A stretch of 64,000 nucleotides of DNA from Marsupella aquatica (Eukaryota; Plantae; Marchantiophyta), in assembly GCA_973895155.1 (NCBI GenBank), contig OZ316892.1, positions 25,753,233-25,817,232 of the forward strand, read 5' to 3'. Both the position numbers and the translations under genes were made by a program. The notes beneath the pieces are model-generated. The model did not search any database and had not been told where the DNA came from. It saw only the letters and a program-made list of their open reading frames with translations. Positions 40,473 through 52,700 of this stretch are shown here, piece after piece. Position 1 is the stretch's first letter. Each line of letters starts with the position of its first letter.

Positions 40473-43400
40473 ATGCAGGCAGCTGGATTGCGCGGTAGCT
40501 CGGGAGCGGTCGTCCAGAATTTCGGTTCTGCGTTGTCCGTCGGAGCAGCAGCAGCTCGGACGAATGCCGTAGTCGTTGCGGCCAGAAGATCAGCAACAGC
40601 ACGGTCAGGAGAATTGACGTCTTCATTGTTGCCTCAGTCCCAGCAATTGTTGGCATCTAGGAGCCTGTCACGGACACCGCGGCCAGTCTTCTCTGTGAGG
40701 ATGGCTGCAGGTGAGAATGGGAGCACTTCAGGTACTTTAGTCTGTCCTCTTCTCTTTGTGAGCGATGCTTTATCAGCTGAAATGTTTTGGTTAAGCGAAA
40801 TTGTAGCAATGGAACATTGGAGGACGATTCAATTACAAGAATGCGAGGATTGGATTGTTCAAATTTTCAGTCAAGGAGTTGAATGAGATTCGATCAGTGG
40901 GCATGTACAGGAAAGGATGCGCCATTTTTGACGGATGCTGCCCAACTCATATCCGGTGTCGAGACTTTTGTTTTTGATTGCGACGGTCAGTCATTGTTCA
41001 GAACTTCAGACCTGGATGCTCCCTCGCTGTGTTCGTCTTTCGGTCCTTAACTCGCCTGCTATTCGCCTGCGTCTTTAGTCAACCAATTAAAAAAAAATGC
41101 AATTACTCTTTGGCTGTCTGTCTGGTGCTCTGTGGTTATGTTGCAATTGACTGACTTTGTTTCCAGGGTATTCTGATTTTATCTTTCCTTCATTCTCTTA
41201 TAGCTGAATTTCGTTTCCACTCAAAAGCTAGAATAAACTAAAACAACCAGACACCTGGTAGTCATTCTGGTCCTGCTTTGTTCCCTGTTTGCATGAACCC
41301 GGCGTTTGCTGTTTTATGCATTCTCATGCCTCATTTTTGGCTCGCGGGCTGAAGAAAGTAATTCATTTGTGTTCTTTTCCTGCATCGATGGTATCGTAGA
41401 AAATGTATTCGTCGTAAAGTGGGAGTACACAGTTGCTTAGTACCCTGGCGTGCATCCCAATGGACTTTGACTTTGGGCCCATCCAGTATATTCTGCATAA
41501 TTGCGGGTAGAAATAAACTCCAATTTTATTATCAAGTATAAAACCTAACGGATGAACTTGAAGTTCCTTGACTTACCTGCTTAATTAAGGCGAGTGGTTT
41601 CTCTTTGTTCAGAGTAGCCGTTTTTACCTTGCTGATGAAGAAGGTCACAAAACTGCAGGTGTGATATGGAAGGGTGACAAACTTATCGACGGTGTGCCTG
41701 AAACTCTCGACTTGCTGCGGTCCGTTGTGAGTGCTAACAACGGCCATGCTGTTCGTCTTATTTGATGTGGTAGAGGATTTTGTTTCGTCTTGTTGTGGGC
41801 CAAAGAAATTATCATATCGAGGGAGGTATCAAACTTAGCAAATTGCCTGTGTAAAAAGTGATCCTTGCATTCTCCTAGCTACCCGGCTTAGTTGACCTTG
41901 GCTTCTATGAAAAATATGTACATGATTCCTGCACGTGCAGTCACCCGCATGCTTGGATTGAAGAATGTTCTCTGAGCTTTTTAAATCCTGGGTGAGGAAT
42001 TGAAGCCTTAGATTTGTGTTGAATTGCTTTCTGGAGTTCAGTCTTATCTAAATTTACACTTGATGGTTTATGATCAGGGGAAGAAGTTGATTTTCGTCAC
42101 CAATAACTCTACAAAGTCAAGGAAACAGTATGGAAAGAAATTCGAGTCCCTTGGGCTGAACGTTAGCGAGGCAAGATATTGCGCTCATTTTTGCAGTGGA
42201 CAGTCATCGTGATTAACATTATTTTCTGCGTCCCTGGTGAAATAGGTAGACCTAGGCTCGAATTTCAAGAATAGGGTGATCATGCATTTGGTCGAAGACA
42301 TCAAGTCCAAGCTCTTTATAGTGAGTTTCACTGACATTCTGCATCTCCTCAATGCAGGAAGAGATCTTCTCTTCTTCCTTTGCGGCGGCTGGCTATTTGT
42401 CGTCAATCAACTTCCCAGCTGACAAGAAGGTTTGTGCCCGGGCTCTTCTCTATGTTTTTGTATTTCCCGCCGGGGATGATTTTCTTGTTATGCAGGTGTC
42501 CTTGCTTTGAGTGGTCAGACTAGTTACTAAGTTTGGGATGGTCCATGTGTACAACGATGCTTGTTGACAATTATGACTAATGACAAATCAGGTGTACGTC
42601 ATTGGTGAAGTTGGAATTGAATTGGAGCTTCAGCAAGCAGGCATTCAGTACCTCGGTGGCCCTGTAATGTTTCCTCCTGCACTACTGGAATAAAGTTGAA
42701 GTCTAGTTTGTATGTGGCCGATGTCAGTATGTCCTATGAGATACGTGTGTCTTGAGAAGGATTTGTGTTTATTTACCGACGAAAGTATGCTATCAAGCCA
42801 TGCTTATTTCTTGTTTGTAGTGGGGCCTCCGTAGAAAGCCTCTCCTGTCTTGAATGGGAACTCCGGCCTGCCAGATGCCTGACTGACAGATATTATTTCG
42901 TTGGTTTTCGCAAAAACAGGGGGATGGTAATAAGACGATAGATTTGGCACCAGGGAAATACATGGAGCATGATCAAGATGTAATGTCCTGCTTTCTCTGT
43001 ACCTAACACTAACTCCTTGTTATACTCAATACCTCATCGATAGCAGTGGATCTTGTGCGTAGCTCGTAGTGAAGACAGCAAGTCGATACAACAATTTTGA
43101 AGTGTATGACTCTTGTTTAAACCAGTTTAGAAAACTGATCCTGCTTTAAATGTTCTTGCTCAGGTCGGAGCAGTTGTTGTCGGATTTGACAGATATGTGA
43201 ACTACTACAAGCTTCAGTGAGTTCATTACAACGCTAGCAATTAATTGGATGGATGATACACAATTGAGATGATCAGACTAGTGTAGACCGAAGAAATTTC
43301 CAAGCTGCCAGAAAGCCGACTAAGCACAAAACTTGGATAATTGAGCTTTCCTTGACAGGAACAGAAAGACTAAGTGCGGACTAGAAATCTGTGATTGAGC

Positions 43401-44435
43401 TGTGGACCTACTAAAACTCGATTGGAATTGTGACTTTTAACTTTTGACGTTCTCTTTTGGGTGCTAGATATGCAACACTCTGCGTAAGAGAGAATCCCGG
43501 TTGCCTATTTATTGCCACCAACTGCGATGCTGTGACCCATCTGACAGATGCCCAAGAATGGGCTGGTGGAGGTTCCATGGTAGGCGCTATTAAAGGCTCA
43601 ACAAAGAAAGAACCAACCGTTGTCGGGAAGCCTTCAACCTTCATGTTGGACTATCTCGCTGACAAGTACGATTGGACCCCGACCCAGCTCCATTTGAATA
43701 ACAATAAAAACCTCATCTTGTTTGTGCAATGGATGCGAATGTGAAATTGAAACGGAGCGTTCAGTAGTGATTGTGTAAAGAGGATGGATATCCTAGGGAC
43801 CTGCTCTACTGTCTCATGAAGTTCTTTGCTTATAACACAGTCCACTTGGTCAACAGGTTCAAGATCAGCAAGACGCAGATTTGCATGGTTGGAGATAGGC
43901 TTGACACCGATATTCTCTTTGGTCAGAATGGTGGATGCAAAACGCTGCTTGTTTTGTCTGGTAATTGCCCTAAACCCCGTCCCCTGGAATGTAGATCTGC
44001 CTTCTAAAATGTGCTAGTCAATTTACTCAAGGAACGTGATCAGAAATTGCCATCATATCATGAGCAGTCTTGCTAGCTCGGGTCCTGATAAAGTAGCAAC
44101 AGTGACCGTCCGAATTTAAAACCCTGCAGCTCCCCGCTGATGCGAGGAATTTTGTAGGGCCGGGTGGGGGTTAATATGAGTTTCTTTATCAAGAAAGTCA
44201 TCCACTGTCCTAGATCAGTGGTATATTGCGCATGATTTGGGTAATTAGCCGAGGATCACGGCAGAAATTCATCCAATATAGTTTTAATTTTCCCTTTTTC
44301 ATTTTACTATCTGGATTGCTTGCAGGCGTGACAGACCTGAAAACTCTCCAGAGTCCGGAGAACTCCATCCAACCTGATTTCTACACGAACCAATTATCCG
44401 ATCTTTTGGCCGCCAAGAAAGTGGCTGCTGTGTAA
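40473..44435 (+). CDS. PGLP1: Chloroplast phosphoglycolate phosphatase (HAD subfamily IIA), ~11 exons
   Basis: Transit peptide; [63 protein letters not shown]; one GC-AG intron (42171-42357). Confidence 0.93.
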
Positions 44436-46276
44436 ATTAATTGCTCCACATGTTGTCGCTACCCAATCCTTGTACATTGCTGTATGGCTGTATAGGAGTA
44501 GTGACAGACTGTCTCAACAGTAGATCACCTTGCAGATGACTTCAATTCTGCTGTCCTGGAAACTTGGACATCAAGCCATCGAAGCTATAAATTTATCTGA
44601 AATTCTAGCCGGACAAATGTTTTTGGATCCATACAATTGGTATTGTATTTCATACCCATTTTTATGTCCGCACAAGTTCTTCTTGATTGTCTCAGGCATG
44701 CAATTTGTGTACAGATCTGATTTAATCATTCGTCTGTAAAGAGAAACATCAATTTTTATTACACAATCGTCGAGAACTTGTGCTTTAATTAGGTGTCATC
44801 TTCCTCTCAAAGCACTGTGAAGGTCATGGAGCTGCAGTGCTTCAACGTTTCCCTGTGGCGCCTGAATTGCTAATTGCCGTGGCTTAAGGGCACTTGTAAT
44901 CGGGGGTTTTCTTTTCGACAATCCTCACTGGATGTTCTAACCACTTGTGCCCATCATTGTGCTTTGTTGGATTCATTGGATAGAATGGACCTTTCTAAAT
45001 CAAGTGATTCCCCAAGCAAGCTGAAATCTGCCTAAAGCTGAATTTGGTCTTTGATTCTGTAGCTGGTCTCTAAAACGATCAAACCAAGCGGTAAACTACC
45101 TAAATTTGGATTTGATCGCTGTTGCAGAGTGAGAATTTACACGAGTATTGCCATACACTAGCCCAATTCTTTGCGGTGCAAAATGTTGTCGATAGTAAAT
45201 GATGTTAAGTGAAGGTGTTGTCAATGGATGGCCAGGCAGTCGGGCATTGCAAGGAGCCTGGCAATTGGATTTGAAGTAGTGTGTAAGCTGTGAAGAGAAT
45301 GATGGGTTGGGCATGAAAAAGGTGCAGAGTGACACTTTTATGCTTATCTTATGGTTAGGACATGTGCATCATCGAATGGCCAGGAATTTGCAAACATACC
45401 ATGTCAAAGACATGCAAAATGTCCCTAAACATTTTGCATAGTATAGTGTTTAGATAAGTAAGGACATAACTTTTCTTTTTCCCACTGATTTCAAAGGACA
45501 AGCTATGTCCTTGTGGAATGTATCCTGGGCTTTCACTTGTGTGTCAAGGTGTGTAGTCTCAAGCTAGTCAGGGCTCTACCACATTGTACTTCTGTGTTCT
45601 TCTGTCCACAGGGAGAGATAAGATTAGGGGCGGCAGGCATAAAGGCTAGGTTGACAAGGAAGCTACTCTATTTGTTAGAGGGACCGCAATGGTTTAGCGA
45701 CCTGATGCCTAGAGAGGGGGTCCCATTTTGCAGGTTTTGTGCACAACATGTAATTGCACCGGTAGTTGAAAGTGGCATTTTCCAATTCTTCGTATGAGCT
45801 GAAGTGATTTAGCAAAAAAATGGGCGGTTCAAGCACACAAAGAGATGTTGTGCAGAACACCTACAAACGTTACAAGTAAAAATTCAGGCTCCCATTTTGC
45901 AGCTTGTAATACTTGGATATATTTCGTGCAACATGTCTTTGCACCGGCAATCGAAACTAGCTCTTTGCAATTCTTTGTGCAAGCTGAAATGGTCTGGCAG
46001 GACATGATGAATGGTTCAATCACGCAAAGAGATATTGAGCACGGTACCTGACAAATGTTACAAGTGATCGCTGAGCAAAGAGCCAGAGCTCCCAATCTAT
46101 GTTGGGGTCTCAATAGTTGGCTACTTACAGGGGTGCATGGGAGGGAACATTTGACTTAGAGTAGTGATGTCCAACATGTGGCATCCTGTGGGAGTTGATT
46201 AGATTTAGCAAATTAGGGTAAAATTGCCTGCCAAATTGATCAAAACTGGTGGTCAGGAAACTTACTTTGGTGGCGC

Positions 46277-46798
46277 ATGCAAATCTGTGGCGCAGGGCTA
46301 CTATTGTCTAGAATGCTTGGGTAACAAAGCATTAATCCATATAATTGCAATCAAAAGCTACTTTTCATGGCCTACAATCTAGAGTGAAGCCTCTAGACCA
46401 TGACTGGGCACATGCAAATCTGTGTCGCAGGGTTACTATTGTCTAGAATGCTCGGGTAACAAAGCATTAATCTATACAATTGCAATCAAAAGCTACTTTT
46501 CATGGCCTACAATCTAGAGTGAAGCCTCTAGACCATGACTCTCAAGAGTAACTGAATTTGGGGTTGCAAATCTGAAACAAGGATGGGGCAAGGTGAGCCT
46601 CTGAAAATGGGGTTGCAAATCTGAAACAAGGATGGGGGCAAGGTGAGCCTTTGAAAATGGCAGAGCCTGCTTGAATGGCCTCATCTCTATTTACATTCAA
46701 AAAATGAATGTCTGTATTTACGTTTAAAGAATGGACACTCAGGTTTCTGAGAGATTTTGAGTCAAGAATGGACACTCAGGTTCTAAGAGATTTTGAGA
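46277..46798. repeat. Three consecutive tandem duplications (~134, ~49 and ~38 bp units)
   Basis: CATGCAAATCTGTG..CTAGACCATGACT x2; GGGGTTGCAAATCTGAAACAAGG..GAAAATGG x2; AAGAATGGACACTCAGG..GAGATTTTGAG x2. Confidence 0.85.
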
Positions 46799-49700
46799 GG
46801 CTATTATTGCCCTTAGTGCCCTCATAACAGGGCACTCATTTACACTTGGGGGCCTGAGAGATTCCTTATTGGTACTCTTTTCAGTAGCATAAGAGGAGAA
46901 GTTTCATAATTTCCCAATCCAAAATCTGGACTGTGAATTCTTCTCTATAATACATTGGAAATTACAAAGAGACAGACACTAAACATTAAGAATATAACAT
47001 ACACTGTACACTGAAGGAATGTTCACATAATTTCCTAAGAGGTATGATTATAATACACTCTACACTAGAGGGGAAAAGTTTTCTACAAAATTGGAAGATT
47101 GTCTGTTGCATATGGATGTGATTGTGCTCACATAGCTGGACTTATCTGTTAGCCTGAGTGAAGCCATGGAGGAGTAGGGTAGCGCTTCACATCAAAGAAC
47201 ATTCTAGTCAGAACGTATTTAAGCAGCAATTTTTTTTTAGTGAAAAATTTGCTAGCCTCCACTTCTCTCAAGAGTCACTGCCACGTTTAGCGAAACTTCC
47301 TGCTTTTTTGTATTTTATAAGTCAGTTTCTCACCTAGCCACAGACCCCATTAGTTAGATAGGTTCTCAAATCTATGGATCTAGATGCGACTGTCTTGGAA
47401 TATTGGATAGCGTCAGTCCCTTCATCGAGAGGGTGACATTAGTCACCCTGACTAAAAAGAAAAAACCTTATATTAAATGGATCAAAGCAGGCCCCTGCCT
47501 TGGTTTTGGATTACATTATTATTTTGCATTCAAGATCTGCAATTAACTGTCGGTCAACTAGCACTCCTGAACCGTTGGTCTCTGTCAGGTTGCGTTATAA
47601 GTCTAAGTATGAGGACGAAGAACACCGTAACAACTAAAGCATGTGTGCCCATCCATGGATCAAGGCATCACTGGTGTCAACTGTGTAGTACGAAATTTCC
47701 AATCCTTTAAGTATGTTTTGTCGCTCAATTTTGAGTGAAGGATGATGTCATCCCGGATTCATGCAGAGAAATTCAGTCGAAGAGGGTGGTCATCTACAGT
47801 TGATGTAAATGACGAAGGAAAATGGAAGAAGGTTTCTGATGTACTTCATGATTTAATCAAAGGAAATTAAGCTCTGGAAAGTGATCAGGGGAAGTACAAA
47901 AGCACCAGATTTTGGAAGCCCCTTCTGTCATGCCAATAGGGGACTTCCAGTGCGCAGCCCTGGCACATGTACTTGAGTATGTTGCGATTATTCTGTGCTG
48001 CAGTGCTTGCAAGAAAGAACCTACGACGGACAAAAGAGAAGCAGCTGATGGGTGCAGTTCTGTGACTGGAGTTTTAGAGACAGTTCTTCAGTATGTCAAC
48101 AGACACTTCTGCCAGAGAGCCCTCGTTAAATCCCAAGGACTAACCAGGCTGAAGAGGGGTACAGCTTTAAAACCCAGAAACTGATCTGCTGATTCCTCCC
48201 AGGTTAGGCTTCCTTTGGTGCTACTGAATGAATGTGCTTACCTCTGCTTTAGGATCAAGTCACGTGATATTGTGGGCCATCCTAGGTGGTTTTCAATTCC
48301 AAATATTTCAATTCTATTTGCGATGATTGGACGGAATGTTGTTGCCCCTGGATACCAGTTGGACTGACTGTGTTATAGCCTCGCCACAATGCCTCTAGAG
48401 TCCGAATCTTGGGGACTGATTTCCTGAGGAAATGTACCAGATTTACTGACGCAACAGGAAGGTTTTCTACTAGGATAAACAGGGATCCTGCCCTTCAATT
48501 ATTTTCAGGAATTGAGAAGTAGCAAATTTCAATTCCGCTACTGGAATAGTCAGGTCGTCAGCTACGAAGTAGAACGTAATAAAATTGATTCTAAAATGGA
48601 AGTTGTCAGAAAATTCCTAGAATGACAAATAGCTTCTGTAGGTAGAGTCACGACTTGAATAGTGTGTACGGTGAAATTAGGGAATTGCCGCAGAAGTTTA
48701 ATAGCGTGGATGAAGAGAACATGCATTTCTTTTTTTACGTATTGCACCTGAGCACCGAAGTTTCTTGGCATGAAGTCTCCACAGTTCATACTTGGAGGTC
48801 CAGATGCGCCAGAAGTTAGAAATTTGTTTCCCCATCTCTACTGATAGAGTCGTAGTGGCCATCGATTTCTGCGAAGAGAAGGATCAGAGAGTACACACTG
48901 ATTGTCTCAGCTCTGAAACTGTCAAGAAAAGGCTCGGCGGTCTCCTTAGTTTGATCTCTCAGATTAAAGTGATGTATCATAGAATGTCTGGCTTCTTCTG
49001 TATGGCGTAACTCCTTCAACTTTCATGTTGATTCTCCTTTTGGCAGAAATCGCATCCTTCTCGTTTTCTTTGGAATACTTATTTTCATCTCCTTAGTTTC
49101 CGCTAGATAGCAACAACGCGGGCCTGCCCACGTTTCCTGTTCCGGGGACCGTTTATTTTCCTCCTCGTCAAAATTCGATTTCGGAGGATTAAAGAAGATT
49201 TCCTTCTCTGCATCTTGGCCAGCTCCCTAATTACGAGAATCTTTTTGCTGGCCGGCAGTGAGAGTTGGTAAACCGTACATGTAAGTAATGTGCCCCAATG
49301 CAAAAAAACCGAATGTTGATCTATCTGCAAAGCATTACGTCCACTTCGAAGCGTTAGAGTCTGGCTTTCCCAAAATTACCTTTCGTCAAAATTGAGGTTT
49401 CGAGGTGGAGTCCTGTTCGTTGCAGTTCCATGTCCAACGTACACTTTCGGCAGAGTACTGTCTGCGCTCTCAAAAGAGAGGTTTTCATTTCCATGTGTGC
49501 AACACTTTTTGGCCAGAGGTTCATCACATGGTTGTTGGGTTCTACTTGGGCTTACTCTTCAATGCATTGCATTATAGAGTTTCTGAAGCGGGCCCCTCCC
49601 TTCCCTGAAGTTGAGCTCTTGGCTGGCAACAATTGAAAAATCTTGATCGAATAAATTTTCTACACGGACTGAGAATTCCCAGGAGTCAACTTTTTTAGTC

Positions 49701-52700
49701 TCACTTAGCTTTACAGAGCGTCTTTAGCTTTCCTTTATATCATCTGTATGGGCTTGCTGCAGCATCACATGGTCCTCCACCGAGATTCCGCTCATTGCGC
49801 CAAGAACTTGAGAGATCCATGATTGATTTACTCCGAGGCCCTCCCTGTCTCGTCTCGTGCAGGTCATGAGCCTGTACTAGTACAAAACCTCGTAATTTTA
49901 TTGAAATTGGCTCTCACCATCTATGTGGCTTTCTTGTCCTACAAATCATTGACAATTACTACGCACGCCTGCTCAGCTTTTGTCAGCTCATGGGCTTGCT
50001 GCTGATGTGTGCCATTTCTCCCGTCTTTTCTAGCGTGGTTTGCAGTGGAGCAGAACGACAGCAATGAGAGGGACCACACTCGGTCCTTGTTCTTCATTTG
50101 GCGTCTACCGTAGTCTGAAAGATGGCTCCAGTGAGGGTCCACCCGTCTAACACGCAATCCTCGCCTCCCTACCTTTGTACAGTAGTCAGCATCTGTTGCT
50201 ACTCTCTCTACTTATTACCTGTATCGTTTTTCCCATACAATGGTGCTCGATGGCAGAGCAGAGCGTGGGGACCCAGCCTAAACAATAATAGGTACCGTTC
50301 GCTTCCGTCATCTTCGTCCGAATAAGCTTTTTGGCGACGCAGGGCGTCCTTGCTCTCGGCAGTCTGCCTTCTTTGCGTCAGTGGGCCCAGTCCTCCAGAT
50401 ATCAATGACACTCCTTCCCCCATGGCTTTACTTCACTGCAGTACTTCTAATGTCAAGAGGCACCTGAGCAGGGAAGAGAAACGGGTGACGGTACATCGTT
50501 TTTTGTTGAGAAAATAAATGTCCCAAACGAAAGCTGCTCTTCGTATACCACAGAATCTTGCCTGGCTTGGCTCCCTTTTCATAAATCAAAGGAGGGTCAG
50601 ACCTGGCGAGTTTTAATCTCTCCCTCTGTGTGTTTCTCTCTCTGTGTGTCTGAAGGGCGCTGAAGGGCGCTGCCATGACAGGCTTGACCTTAAAAACCAT
50701 TCATGCGTTTTTTTCTCCCTGAGCATGATAAGCAGGTTCTTCTGCTCTGCTTTGGCAGAGACGCCAACCCCCCTCGCCTACTTGTCCTTGCATTCCTTGC
50801 ATTTATGCAGTCGATGAATTCCTCGTCAGGTAATGGGCCCAGTGTTTAATTATAATCAGCTCCGCTCCCTCTCCCCGCTCGTGGCTCATGCCGTCGTCCC
50901 GCATGGCAGCAGCAATATCTTACGTTAGTAAAGATCGTGGCTCGGAGGACCAAAATCCCCCATCAGTCTTTACCGTCGGTTTTGTTGCCACGTTTGTGTG
51001 GCCTAGAGATTCCATGTAAGCTCATAGCCCGTGAGATCTCTCTAGGTTTCTCTTTCAATACGACTTTCGAAGCAACAGAGAAAAACCAGATCAGTGTAAT
51101 TATGGATCATCCGTTCGCATTCCCTTCATGTTCACTCTCCAGCTACTTCTCTCGTGTTTTGGAGGCCCTCTCAAAGCGGCAGAGATTCTCCCTCCACCGC
51201 TATCTCCTTGTTGCATCAGGCATGAATTCTTCGTCAATTAATAGGCCCACTGTCACTGAATTTATAAATGTAACTCACTCAGGGAATTAGCTTCTCTCGT
51301 ATTTGGAGGCCCTTTGAAAATGGCAGAGATCCTCCCTCCACCGCTATCTCCTTCTTGCTTTCCTAATGCCCCTGCAGCCTCAGGCATTAATTCTTCGTCA
51401 ATGGAATTAACCGAAGGCAAAATCATTTAGGAACTGTAACTGAAGTTGATTTGCCTCCACTTCCCCGAGTCAAAATTCTTTAAAACGATCTCTCGTGGGC
51501 CAGACTCTAGCTCAGTCCATGAACGAAATGACCTCGGGATTGATAAAATTCAATTTTCCTTTCTTGCGTCTTGGTCAGTCCATGATTGTGACGACCTTCA
51601 GGCCTGATACTTCGTTCACGTTCCCCTTTCTTTCATCAGGGTTCACGAGCTGCAAGGTTCTTCTTACTGCGGCAGAGCCAGAGCCTCGCAGAAATGGCAG
51701 AGATTCGAGCGCCACCGCCATCTTCTCCTCGCTGCTCTGATGCATTGCTGCTGCTCCAAGGACAAGTATGAATGGGCCCAGGGTCTGCCCTAATAATTGG
51801 AGTTGCTTTGCTTCTCCAAACAAAGCTTGGCAGTACCCCAGCCCTGAAACAGCAGACGTCTTCTTTCTTACCACACAACGATGGACAGGCAGATTGCCGT
51901 GCAGTAGACATTTGATTTCCTGGTGTGACTCTCAATTGTTGCCTTTGCAAGATTCTAGGTCAGTCGATCTATCCCTCACGGAAGGGCGGCTCTGTTCTCC
52001 ATTCAGCTTCCAGTTTAAGCTGCCTCTGAAAGGGCACCTATTGAGTGGTGGCCCCGGACCACCTAAGGAACAGAAACCAAGTACTTTACTAAACTTTACT
52101 AATAAAGTGCGAAAAAGAGAAAAGCGCCAGGATCAAGACCGAATTAAACGAAAACCGAAGCAGTCAGCAATCGCTTTTTCTTATTCACCGATCCCGGTGA
52201 CGTTGAACAGAGCTGGATCTGGACAAACGAGTCAGATGCGCAGCAGATGACCAAAGAGAAACATAACGAGTCAGCAATCGCTTTTTCTTCACCTAGCCCG
52301 TGGAGAGCAGAGCTAGATCTGGATCTGACTCCTTAGTGTGCCGTCGTAGGGTTGGTGTTGCGTTGGGTCCACCCTCTTTCAGGTGAGCTCATCTTTGCCT
52401 ATGTCCTGCTTGTTTAGGCCTGCCGTCAATAGCCTCGGGGCTACTCGAGCCAGGGACGGTGCAAAGTTGTCCAAAGTTTTACTCTCACGGATAGAGTCGT
52501 TTTCGACGCACGATGATTCAGGACAATGAGTGAACCACAGAAAGAAATATAGCATGAGAGCGTGAGACTCTGTTTACCGTCACTGTACCTTACAACAGTG
52601 TGGTACCAGAAACGAAATCCTTTGGCAAAACATTCTGTTCCCAAGCCATCGAGTACACCAGGTATTGGGATTGTTACGTGGTGAGGCAGGCTGTCTCCAG

